This document shows, in pieces, positions 13,986-25,309 of a DNA stretch of 64,000 nucleotides. Source of the stretch: Octopus sinensis (taxonomy: Eukaryota); NCBI RefSeq assembly GCF_006345805.1, contig NC_042998.1:146568001-146632000 (forward strand). Reading direction: 5' to 3'. Each line of letters opens with the position of its first letter. Within the stretch, counting starts at the first letter, position 1. The notes under the pieces are model-generated. The model ran no database searches. It saw only the letters and a list, made by a program, of their open reading frames with translations, and was not told where the DNA came from. The translations under genes and the position numbers were made by a program.

Positions 13986-14549
13986 TAGATATCAGCAGAC
14001 AATCAGCATCATATTTTTTATCTCCTAGCATAAAGCAAACCCCTGCCTTGAAGTTTGTGGTCTTGCAAACTGCATGGTGGTCTCACTAGTGCTAGTGGCA
14101 TGAAAGCAGTATTCAAAATATTATGTAAAGTGGTTGGCATAAGGAAGGGCAGCCACCCATAGAAACTATGCCAAAGCAGATACTGGAGCATGGTGCAGTC
14201 CTTAGACATATCAGTTCTTGTCAAACCATATAACCATGCTAGCACAGAACATGAATGTTAAACAATGATGATGAAATATAAATATATCATGTACTAATAA
14301 TGTTTCTGTTGATAAAACATATTTTAATAAATTGAAAATTATTGTTTACTATTTGTGATAATAGAGAAGTTGAAGAGAGAATATGATTTCTATAGACTGC
14401 ACTAGTAGGAATGAGCAATCCTAAGATTCACCATCAAGCCTAAAAAACCAACATTATGTCCATATACCCAAACATTAAAAGTAGATTTGATCAACAGGCT
14501 GCAGGTATTAATCAGTTGGTGATATGTTTGGAGAAAAATAGAGTAAGCA

Positions 14550-14900
14550 TGCTCTGCTTGATGTGTAATCTAAGTGTGTGTGAACAACATGGTACAGATG
14601 AGTTGAGAGATAAACTAGGTATAAGAGAAATCAGTTGTGGTATGTAAGAATGAAGACCTGCAGTAATAGAGGTATGTGACATGTAACAGGATAACAGATG
14701 GCTTAAGATGTGCCAGGAGATGCAAGTGGAAGGAAATTGTGAAAGGGGATGACCAAAGAAGACGTAGAGTAGTAAAAACTAACCTCAGAGTGCTGATTCT
14801 CACAAAAGAGGTGATAAAAGAATACAATGGAGAGATACTATGTTGGAAAGGATCTCTCTGACCCATGCAAGCATGGAAAAGGTGAGGTAAAACTAAGGGT
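14550..14900 (+). mobile_element. Degraded RTE LINE 3-prime fragment
   Basis: STDELRDKLGIREISCG, then a tail resembling gacccatgcaagcatggaaaa. Confidence 0.65.
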
Positions 14901-15078
14901 GATGATAGTGGCTATAGGTGCAGGCATAGTTGTGTGGTCAAGTAGTTTGCTTGTCAACTAAATGGTTTCAGGTTCAATCCAACTATGAGGCACTTTGGCA
15001 AGTAACTTTTACTACAGCTTTGTGCTGACCAAAGCCTTGTGAATGGATATGGTAGATGGAAACTGAAAGGAGCCTACA

Positions 15079-15135
<57 letters not shown>

Positions 15136-15352
15136 GTATATGTGTATGTATCTCCCTCTCTTTGGTTATGATATCACATGATGATTATAAATGAGTGTCA
15201 CTGCTTATTATCATAAAAATGGTTTCAAATCTAGCCAAGTCAAGGGGATAGTAGAAAACCCTTTTCTAAGATACAGTTTTATATTTAAGGGATGAGGAAT
15301 TATGTACATTATTTACATTCAATGGATATTTGTCCTCATCTTGTTTGTTGTT

Positions 15353-15398
15353 AACACAACGTTTCGGCTGATATACCCTTCAGCCTTCTTCAGGTGTC
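15353..15398 (-). ncRNA. Minimal type I hammerhead ribozyme motif, intact core
   Basis: GACAC-CUGAAGA-A-GGCUG-aaggguauau-CAGCC-GAAAC-GUU-GUGUU. Stem I gacac/gtgtt, perfect 5-bp stem II, palindromic ACGU stem III, predicted cleavage after GUU (15358/15357). Activity not shown. Confidence 0.8.
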
Positions 15399-15623
15399 TT
15401 GGGGGAAATTTCGAACCTGGGTTCTCATTCCTAAGGTAACCACTATATGTCATATGCCCACGGGTATATGGCGTAGTGGTTAAGAGCGTGGGCTACTAAC
15501 CCCAAGATTCTAAGTTCGATTCCAAGCAGTGACCTGAACAACAACAACAACAGTAACAGTGACTACAACAACAACAACGGAAAATACCTTAGGAATGAGA
15601 ACCCAGGTTTGAAATTTCCCCAA

Positions 15624-15669
15624 GACACCTGAAGAAGGCTGGAGGGTATATCAACTGAAACATTGTGTT
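15624..15669 (+). ncRNA. Hammerhead motif, decayed copy
   Basis: GACAC-CTGAAGA-A-GGCTG...CAACT-GAAAC-ATT-GTGTT; stems II and III damaged by transitions. Confidence 0.6.
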
Positions 15670-15834
15670 AACAACAAACAAGATGAGGACAAATATCCAT
15701 TGAATGTAAATAATGTACCTCTTCTAAGATGAAAGTAAGATCAAACTTGGAACCATGTGGTTACAAAACAAATTTCTTAAACCACATAGTCATGCCTACT
15801 CCTATAATAAATATATTTTTAAAAAAAAACTTAC

Positions 15835-15907
15835 CTTTGGGCTTTCATTTATTTTTATGACATTAATAAGATCTGTTCGAAGAAGTTCCAGTTGAGACAG
15901 GCCAATC
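15835..15907 (-). CDS. DAGLA: DAGLA coding exon, phase 2-0 (last found in window)
   Basis: tttctcag / gtaagt; 73 nt; (R)IGLSQLELLRTDLINVIKINESPK; RIGLSQLE matches DAGLA. The next expected exons (including the catalytic His) were not found in 1-15834. Confidence 0.92.
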
Positions 15908-16903
15908 CTGAGAAACAAAATAAATAAAAGATATAATAATAATAATCTAAAACAACACACCTCATGCAACATATACTCTACAAGAGTACAATGTTGCCCA
16001 ATAGAATAACACAACCTACAATACACACACCACACATAATAGAACATACACTAATATACAAAGAAACAATAAACTAAACTCCATTACAAAACAAACTAAT
16101 TCAGTACACCATCAAGAAGAGGTTATACTCTCCCAATCCCTACAAAAATAAGAACACAATGCTTGACATAACTCAGGTACACATGTGCACCAGGTGGTGC
16201 AATAGAAACCCACGTGAAACTATCAAAGAAAAATGATAACAATAATAAATATATGATGTAAACATAAAAAGAGTTGAAATCAGTAAATTTATTGTAACTT
16301 GTAAATGTAACCATGGAAGTGTAATCAGTAAACTTATTAGTGCTTTACTTATAAAATGTTCTTAGATTTCAAGAAAATTTATAAAATTTGTGATGTTAAT
16401 GGGTTTATAGGAGGTGCAATCAGAAGCATAATGTGCTGAGCATGATGTCTAAATAATGCCATGAACATTATTTGATAATATACTACCAGCCATCATTCAA
16501 GTGCAGGTATGATTCAACAGCAATGTACTGTGCTTTCTCTAATTATCTTAGGTGCCTGTGTAGATATCATAAACAGACATAGACTACATCTCAATCCCTT
16601 GACCCAGCAAAATATCCACATGTGATAAAGAGTAAGAGAGAGGACCACACTAGCACTAGACTGGTGTTCATCTTTTTGCTGAGCAGTCTAGAATGTGAAA
16701 TGAAGTACTTTGTTCAAAGACCCTTATGAATTTCTCTGTCTAGGAATTGAATTGCTCACAAGTTTAACACTAACTTGTAGGCCACACATTCACACTTTGA
16801 TTACATATATATGAAATGGAAGCATAAAATATTTATGAATGATAAAAACAATGTGAACCCTATAGACATAGTGTACAAGTTTGTTAGTAGCACACCTAGA
16901 ATA

Positions 16904-17170
16904 TCTATATATATAAAACTGAGCATGTGTGTCTGTCTGTCTGTGTGAATCCCTAAAACTTGAGAACTACACAACCAATTTCATTCAAATTTTACACATG
17001 CCTTACGTAGGGTCCATGTAGTGTCATGGGCAAAAAAAAAGTTTTTTAACTTCTTGCTTAGGGCAAGCCCACAGCAATATCACATCTTCTCCACTATTAC
17101 AGTATTATGTGTTAAAAGTGAAACAAAAACATCTCTCTATTGTAATGTCAGATACTTTCACTTTAATATT
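16904..17170 (+). mobile_element. Non-autonomous Helitron 5-prime fragment
   Basis: a|TCTATATATATAAAACTGAG...gtctgtctgtctgt...caaccaatttcattcaaattttacac: typical TC start and subterminal repeat of animal non-autonomous Helitrons. No CTRR end identified. Confidence 0.5.
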
Positions 17171-17428
17171 GAAACTATTATAGAAGAGGGATGAACCATA
17201 GATGTATATGTAATATGTACACATATATATACACATATATACATGCATACATATATACACCCATACACCCCCCCCCCCAAACACACACATACATAGGTGC
17301 AGGTGTGGCTGTGTGGTAACAAACTTGGTTCCAAAACACATGGTCCTCAGTTCAGTCCCACTGTGTGGTAACTTGGCATGTGTCTTCTGCTATAGCCGCA
17401 GACCAACCAAAGACTTGTCAGTGGATGT

Positions 17429-17950
17429 TGTAGAGACAAACTGAAAGAAATCAATTGTATATATATGTATGTAAGTCTATGTGTGTGTCTTTGTGTTTCT
17501 CCCTCATCACTGCTTCACACCTGGTGTTCGTTTATTTACATCCCCATAACTTACTGGTTTCACAAGAAGAAACTGATAGAATAAGTAACAGGTTTATCAA
17601 AATGAAAAAGCACTAGGAAGTGTCTCATATTTTTGTTTGCCTGCTCAGTTGTATCTATCAATTTATCTTTCTGTGAGTGTGTGTGTGTGTGGATTTCGTA
17701 GACAGGAACTGAAACAAATCTATCGTATATATATGTATGTATATATGTAAGTGTATGTGTGTGTCTTTGTCTCTGGGTTTCGCCCTCATCACTGCTTCAC
17801 AACTGCTGTTCATTTATTTACATCCCCATAACTTACTGGTGTCACAAGAACTAATAGAATAAGTAACAGGCTTATCAACATAAAAAAAAGCACTAGGCTG
17901 TGTCTCATATTTTTGTTTGCCTGCTCAGTTGTATCTATCAATTTATCTTT
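17429..17950. repeat. About 270-bp diverged tandem duplication (SINE part plus flank)
   Basis: Both units end tgtctcatatttttgtttgcctgctcagttgtatctatcaatttatctt. Confidence 0.8.
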
Positions 17951-18759
17951 GTATATGTGTGTATCTCTCTCTCTCTCTCTCTCTTTCTATTTCCATGTCT
18001 AGTTATATTTGCAATATATTATGGATAATGTCATTGCTGTTATGTAATGGTTTAATAAAGTATTGATTGGGTATTATCTGATGGTTGATGATTGATTTAG
18101 GTATGTTTCTCCATTTTCTCATTTTGTATGTATATATATATATATATATCATCATCATCATCATCATCATCATTTAGCGTCCGTTTTCCATGCTAGCATG
18201 GGTTGGACGGTTCTACTGGGGTCTGTGAAGCCAGAAGGCTTCATCAGGCCCAGTCAAATCTGGCAGTGTTTCTACGGCTGGATGCCCTTCCTAACGCCAA
18301 CCACTCCGTGAGTGTAGTGGGTGCTTTTTACATGCCACCCGCACTGGTGCCAGACAGAGCTGGCAAACGGCCACGAACGGATGGTGCTTTTTATGTGCCA
18401 CCGGCACGAGGGCCAGGCGAGGCTGGCAACGGACACGAAACGGGGCGGTGCTGGCAACGGTCGCGAAACGGAAAGTTCTCTTACATGCCACCGGCACTGG
18501 TAACACATCTGCAATTTCCATTGATCGATTTCCATTGATCGATTTCGATTCTGATCCTCACTTGCCTCAATGGGTCTTCACAAGCAGAGTTTCGACATGC
18601 CACCGGCACTGGTAGCACATCCGCAATTTCCATTGATCGATTTCGATTCTGATCCTCACTTGCCTCACACGTCTTCACAAGTAGAGTTTTGTGTCCCAAG
18701 AAGGGAAGGTATGCATACGTAGGCTGGCTCCATCCCATGTAAGGCCACGGGTTGTGGAC

Positions 18760-21700
18760 TCACTTGTCCTGCCGGGTCTTCTCGCGCACAGCACACTTCC
18801 AGAGGTCTCGGTCTCTAGTCATTTCCTCAGTGAGACCTAAAGTTCGAAGGTCGTGCTTCACCACCTCGTCCCAGGTTTTCCTGGGTCTGCCTCTTCCACA
18901 GGTTCCCTCAACCGCTAGGGTGTGGCACTTTTTCACACAACTATCTTCATCCATTCTCGCCACATGACCATACCAGCGCAAACGTCTCTCTTGCACACCA
19001 CAACTGATGCTTCTTAGGTCCAGCTTTTCTCTCAAGGTACTTACACTCTGCCGAGTGTGAGTACCGGCATTACACATCCATCGGAGCATACTGGCTTCAT
19101 TTCTAGCGAGCTTACGCATATCCTCAGCAGTCACGGCCCATGTTTCACTGCCATGTAGCATGGCTGTTCGTACACACGCATCATACAGTCTGCCTTTCAC
19201 TCTGTGCGAGAGGCCTTTTGTCACCAGCAGAGGTAAGAGCTCTCTGAACTTTGCCCAAGCTATTCTTACTCTAGCAGTTACACTTTCAGCACACCCGCCC
19301 CCGCTGCTGACTTGGTCACCTAGGTAACGGAAACTATCAACTATTTCTAGTTTTTCTCCCTGGAAAGTGACGGAAGTTGGTCTCAGAGCATTTTCAGTGT
19401 TTATTGTTCCTGAGCATCTGCCACATACAAAAACCATCTTCCTAGTTAGCCTTCCTTTGACATTGCTGCATCTCTTATGTGTCCATAGCTTACACTTGGT
19501 GCATCTTATAGAGTTTCTACCTACACCTTTTCTACAGATCGAGCAGGGCCATCTACCTGAAGGTGTTTGTGATTTGTCTACCTTCCTACTGATTACGACT
19601 TTGGTTTTAGCTAGATTGACTCTGAGGCCCTTCGATTCTAATCCTTGTTTCCACACCTGAAACTTCTCCTCCAGTTCTGATAGCGACTCAGCAATTAGAG
19701 CAAGGTCATCAGCATAGAGGAGCTCCCAAGGGCATCCTGTCTTGAATTCCTCCGTTATTGCCTGGAGGACTATGATAAATAGGAGGGGGCTGAGTACTGA
19801 GCCTTGGTGGACCCCTACCTCTACCCGGAATTCTTCACTGTACTCATTTCCAACCCTCACCCTACTAGCGGCGTCCCTATACATGGCCCGCACAGCTCTC
19901 ACTAACCATTCATCTATCCCTAGTTTTCTCATTGCCCACCAGATAAGGGACCGGGGGACCCTGTCGAAGGCTTTCTCCATGTCAACAAAAGCCAGGTACA
20001 GGGGCTTATCTTTGGCTAAGTATTTCTCCTGCAGCTGCCTTACCAGGAATCAGTAGTACTTTTCCCTGGCACAAACCCAAACTGCATCTCATCTAAACTA
20101 ACTCTCTCTCTAATTAGTTGGGCTATGACCCTCTCCGTAACCTTCATCACCTGGTCCAACAGCTTGATACCTCTGTAGTTATTTGTATCTAGGGCATCAC
20201 CTTTACCTTTGTAGCAGTTGACTATTATACTGCTACACCAGTCATTGGGTATGACCCCTTTGTGTATCACCTGATTAACTATATGGGTGACTAGGCTATA
20301 GCCGACACTACCAGACATTTTGAGCATCTCTGCAGTGATTCCTGATGGGCCTGGGGCTTTCCCTGTCTTCATGCTTCTAATTGCCTTAGCTACCACAGAA
20401 CTATCAACTCGGATAGCTGGTCCCTCTGTTGGGTCAACATTCGGCAGACTCTCTTTATCCCATTCATTTTCTTCATTCAGCAACCTTTCATAGTGGCATC
20501 TCCAAACCTCTCTCTTTGCATCCTCATTTAGCGCAAGTGAACCATCTTCCATGCGAACACACTTCTCTCCTACCACATCACGATTCTCTCTCACACACTG
20601 TCTTGCAACACGAAACACCTCCAGTCTTTGGTCCTCACGGCGCAGAACATTGGCAAATTTTTTCTTATCTGCTTCCCCTCTCGCTAAATAAACCTGTCTC
20701 CTAGCTTCTCTTTTGGCAGTCTGATACAATTCCCTGCTACCCCCATTTTTCCAGACCTTCCAAGCCTGTCTCTTTTCTCTAATAGCCCTGTCTACAATAT
20801 TGTTCCACCACCACGTTATTCTAGGTCGAGAGGGGACTTTGCACCAGCCACAGATCTGGTCAGTGGCTCTCAGCAGGTTGTCCCTTAGAAACGTCCAGCT
20901 GTCTTCTACCCCCTGTGATGCTCTATCCCCTTCTACTTCGTCAGAGGCTTCAAGTAATATGTCCCTAAATCTCTGTCCATTTGCAGGATCTTTAAGCTTC
21001 CAGATCCTTCTTCTCCATATTTGTCGTCTTCTGGTTGTCCTCCTAGTCCTGATCCTAAAGTCACTAACTACCAGTCTATGTTGTGGGGTACATTCTTCAC
21101 CTGGGAAGGTTTTGGCATTTATAAGCAGCCATCTCTCCCTTTGCCTTGTAAGGATGTAGTCAATTTGGCTGGTATGTTGGCCCGATTGGTAAGTGACTAG
21201 GTGGCTGGTAGGTTTCCTGAAGTTAGTGTTGCAAATCATAAGATTATTTGCATCGCAGAACTCCAGCAGCCTGGTTCCCTCCTCGTTGCGGGAGCCATAG
21301 CCATAGCCTCCATGTACGCCATGGAAGCCCCCAGCATGTCGTCCAACGTGACCATTGAAGTCACCAGCCACAAAGATAAGGTCTCTGTCGTTCGTCAATG
21401 AGGTAGTCTGCAGTAGAGTGTCATAGAATCGGTCTTTCTGTCCATCGGGTAGCCCCGACTGAGGAGCATAGGCTGATATAATGGTTGCTAAACTATGATG
21501 AAGCACTAATCTAATCTTAAGTATTCTGTCACTTACTCTGATTACCTCAATTACTTTATCTACCCTTTCTCAGCGATAAGTATACCCACGCCACCAACCC
21601 CGTCAGTGTTCCCTGCCCAGAAAATCTTGTACCTGCGTTCCTTGCCTGTGAGGAACCTAGCTGATCCTCCTCTCCACCTTATTTCTTGCATGCAACATAT

Positions 21701-21919
21701 ATCCACACATCTCCGTTCAAGCATCTCGACTATCTCACCAGACCTACCTTTCAGAGTGCCAACGTTGAGGGTGCCAACCCTGAGGGTGTGGAAGGCATGG
21801 GCTCTAGAGACCCTGGGACGGTGGACAGTAGCTTCGTGTACCTGAAAAGAAAGCTCGCATTTGGCAGAATTCATGTGCAAGAAATGAAGTAGTAAAGTAG
21901 CCTTCAGTACAACCTGCAT
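18760..21919 (-). pseudogene. RTE ORF (APE-RT with PHD-like insertion), broken by two frameshifts
   Basis: ORFs 21560-21919, 20040-21506 and 18760-19980 join across an apparent 1-nt deletion near 21565 and a short deletion near 20050 (the STTDAIFLVRQ region). Confidence 0.92.
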
Positions 21920-22091
21920 AACGCTAGCCTTTCATATTTTGCACTGTATGAACATTACCTTACATAGGTCGAGACTAGGGGTAGGGAGGGGTAGGGATGG
22001 TGAAAGCATTTGCAGTCTTCATGGGAAGCAACCCCGGAATGAAAGAGAATAGGAACTTCCGGCATGCATGGTGGGGGTGGGAGGGCGGGTG

Positions 22092-23344
22092 CACCGTAAG
22101 CTGAGTAAAGAGGTTCTGTTAATCGTGAGCTAGCAAATGGGTTTGTATGAATCGGGAGACAATACTAAACGAAAAATTGAAAAATCAGAGTGGCTATGAA
22201 CCTGGAGACAAGTCTAAACGAAAAAAAAAAAAAAAAAAATGTTTGAGCTAGACAGGGTAATGAGGGAATACTGAAAGAATGAGGGACAATACAATGAGAT
22301 GGAAATTGAAGAATAGAGAAAGAATAAGGATAAGTGCAAGAAAGAAGGTAGTCGTAGCGAGGTTGGACGATTCACTTAACTTTTAGCCATTCATGATCTG
22401 TGCGTATTCTTTAGATATTTTGAAGCGAGTGGGGTTAACGATAAATGCGATCGCTCTTTTATGTATGGCGATGATGGTTTTGGGGGGGGGGGCATAGAGG
22501 ACCATGGCGATGATGGCTATGGGAAGGGGGGACATAGCGAGAGAGAGATAGGGTTAGTTTAGAGAGAGAGGTCAAGGGACACGTGACAATAAGCGGTGTG
22601 AGGGAATTTGACTGGGGACGGCATTGTCGATAAATAAACATTAGATAAATAGGTTTGAAAATCAGAAAAATCAGAGGGAATATCATTATTGATAGCTAAT
22701 ATAACACCGTAGCTGAGTAAAGAGGTTCTGTTAATCGTGAGCTAGCAAATGGGTTTGTATGAATTGGGAGACAATACTAAACGAAAAATTGAAAAATCAG
22801 AGTGACTATGAACCTGGAGACAAGTCTAAACGAAAAAAAAAAAAAAAAAAAATGTTTGAGCTAGACAGGGTAATGAGGGAATACTGAAAGAATGAGGGAC
22901 AATACAATGAGATGGAAATTGAAGAATAGAGAAAGAATAAGGATAAGTGCAAGAAAGAAGGTAGTCGTAGCGAGGTTGGACGATTCACTTAACTTTTAGC
23001 CATTCATGATCTGTGCGTATTCTTTAGATATTTTGAAGCGAGTGGGGTTAACGATAAATGCGATCGCTCTTTTATGTATGGCGATGATGGTTTTGGGGAG
23101 GGGGGGCATAGAGGACCATGGCGATGATGGTTATGGGAAGGGGGGACATAGCGAGAGAGAGATAGGGTTAGTTAGAGAGAGAGGTCAAGGGACACGTGAC
23201 AATAAGCGGTGTGAGGGAATTTGACTGGGGACGGCATTGTCGATAAATAAACATTAGATAAATAGGTTTGAAAATCAGAAAAATCAGAGGGAATATCATT
23301 ATTGATAGCTAATATAACACCGTAGCTGAGTAAAGAGGTTCTGT
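22092..23344. repeat. Two tandem 613-bp units plus a 27-nt partial unit in the RTE 5-prime region
   Basis: caccgt(a)agctgagtaaagaggttctgt recurs at 22092, 22705 and 23318; units differ at a few substitutions and homopolymer lengths. Confidence 0.93.
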
Positions 23345-23451
23345 GTTTTGAAGTTTTGCATTCGGTAAAATTTTGTTTATTTTTAGTAGTTTTGACCGCA
23401 TTGGTCCCTCTTAGCGTGTTGGTATCTACGAACAGTAGTACCCTCAATATA

Positions 23452-23494
<43 letters not shown>

Positions 23495-23821
23495 TATATA
23501 TACACACATATATATATATATATACATATATATACAATACCAAATTTGTTCAGGTGTGGCAGATCCTGGAAGTGAAACTTTATGTAATGTTTGCAGTTTT
23601 AGACATTAGAGAGGTACATCATGAGATTTGTGTGAAATGTGCACTTGCACATTGTATGATGAAGTGCCACACTAATGTCTATAACCACAAAGATTATGTA
23701 AATTTTCACTACAAATTTTTGCATAAACAGGCATTGCAAACAGAGTTGGTATAGAAACAATAGGAATGAATCATTAAAGATGTGTTAAAGGATTTCTTTG
23801 TCTTCTTAATATTTCGATTAT

Positions 23822-23853
<32 letters not shown>

Positions 23854-24202
23854 GTCCCACCTATGCCAGCACGGAAGGTGGATGTTAAATGATATACATA
23901 CTTTATAATTAAAATTTTGCATCCAAACTGTATTTTGGGTATGTCCTTAGTAGTGTGTTGGCAGAGCATGTTAACCTTTTAAAGTACATGGCATTATCCA
24001 CAGTAAATGTACATTTGTTGCTGGATCTACATTAGGAATTCCTTGGTGCACATTGAGTATATTCTAAATAATTGATATGGAAGACAGAGCATGCTGGAAA
24101 CTTTATTTATCACAACAATCATTTCAGCATAATTCTGCACTGCTTCCTAGTGGGTGGATAATGATATAATGAATTCCAATGCTCCTCCCACTACATATAT
24201 AC

Positions 24203-24273
<71 letters not shown>

Positions 24274-24380
24274 CACACACACACACATATACATGTATAT
24301 TTTGTATATTATATATATATATATATATATATAGTATAATTAGTGAATGGAAGAAATGGAGTTGAACGAAGATTGTACAG

Positions 24381-24488
24381 AATTCCTTTTATTACATTCT
24401 ACACATGTTTCAAAGGCCACAATTTTCCAAATTCTGATTAAATAAGGATACCATATTGCAGCTTTCTCTTCAGGAAAAACCAGGAATT
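24381..24488 (-). ncRNA. Mirror hammerhead motif in the left arm (sense strand of the DAGLA pre-mRNA)
   Basis: Reverse complement of 24648-24755; predicted cleavage 24400/24399. Confidence 0.68.
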
Positions 24489-24647
24489 ACGTTGTCAGAA
24501 CAAAACAAAACAAAGGTGCAGCAAAGCAATTCGAACGAGGACGCTCCTTAAGAGCCCATGGGTAAAATGTTTATCCTTGGGCTCTTAAGGAGCATCCTCG
24601 TTCGAATTGCTTTGCTGCGCCTTTGTTTTGTTTTGTTCTGACAACGT

Positions 24648-24755
24648 AATTCCTGGTTTTTCCTGAAGAGAAAGCTGCAATATGGTATCCTTATTTAATC
24701 AGAATTTGGAAAATTGTGGCCTTTGAAACATGTGTAGAATGTAATAAAAGGAATT
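24648..24755 (+). ncRNA. Type I hammerhead motif with extended stem II (second family)
   Basis: aattcct-ggttt-ttc-CUGAAGA-G-AAAGCUGCAAU...AUUGUGGCCUUU-GAAAC-AUGU-GUA-gaa...aggaatt. Intact core, GUA triplet (cleavage after 24736), 11-bp stem II with one bulged C, stem I ttc/gaa plus aattcct/aggaatt. Confidence 0.68.
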
Positions 24756-24947
24756 CTGTACAATCTTTGTTCAACTCCATTTCTTCCATTCACTAATTAT
24801 ACTAAACTTCAATTATCCGCGCCAACGCACGGTTGCAACACCATATGGTCATATCTCCAACCGTGTTTTTTCTGCTGTGATTTTTGCTACCCAGGTATCG
24901 GTTAAACTTTTGAGTAATCCGTAACAAGATAACTCATCTTTCCATTT

Positions 24948-25005
<58 letters not shown>

Positions 25006-25309
25006 CGAAGAAACTGTTACAAGAGACTACTGTCATCACTGGTTCTTCAAGGACTAATGTTGACAGTAGAAATATGTTGTGAAATTTTGATTATTAAATA
25101 TTATTAGAAATAAAGAGAAAAATGGCTAAAAAAGTTTTGTCCATATCATCACAGTAATTTTAAGTTAAAACTACATTTATTATTAAAAGAAGTAGAAATG
25201 TTACAGTTGTTAAGTAAGAGATAAAGAGATGAAGGTAACTAGAAAAAAATAAATATATAAACCATAACAGTTTAAGATGTGTCTACAACAGTACATTGTT
25301 ATAACCTAC

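Larger units (their letters stand above)
15273..15718. mobile_element. Palindromic twin tRNA-head / hammerhead retroelement, copy A
   Basis: Head-to-head arms joined at gcccacgggt; A box TGGCGTAGTGG 15469-15479, B box AGTTCGATTCC 15513-15523; HHR motif in each arm; 12-bp TSD cttttctaagat (15261-15272) / ctcttctaagat (15719-15730). Confidence 0.88.
18149..23445 (-). mobile_element. Near full-length RTE-clade LINE, about 5.3 kb, inserted in a (TA)n array
   Basis: APE (TLNVGTL, QEIRW, GDFNGHVG, SQIDY, PQHRLV), RT (GVHQGSVLSP, LLYADD, FRYLG), about 600-nt 3-prime UTR ending in (ATG)n; TA arrays on both sides. Confidence 0.96.
24332..24804. repeat. 473-bp near-perfect palindrome (227-bp arms, 19-nt spacer) with a hammerhead motif in each arm
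   Basis: Arms 24332-24558 and 24578-24804; I counted three mismatches, all at CpG sites. Confidence 0.96.

Noticed and set aside
15462-15535. Functional tRNA genes at the element heads (also about 28168-28240 and 63310-63383)
   Set aside because: A and B boxes are present, but the acceptor and anticodon stems pair poorly and the context is repetitive; these are SINE-type heads.
16123-16314. ORF containing IAPPGAHVYL as a DAGLA PPG exon
   Set aside because: It lies upstream of the RIGLSQLE exon (wrong order) and does not resemble PPGRIIH beyond three residues.
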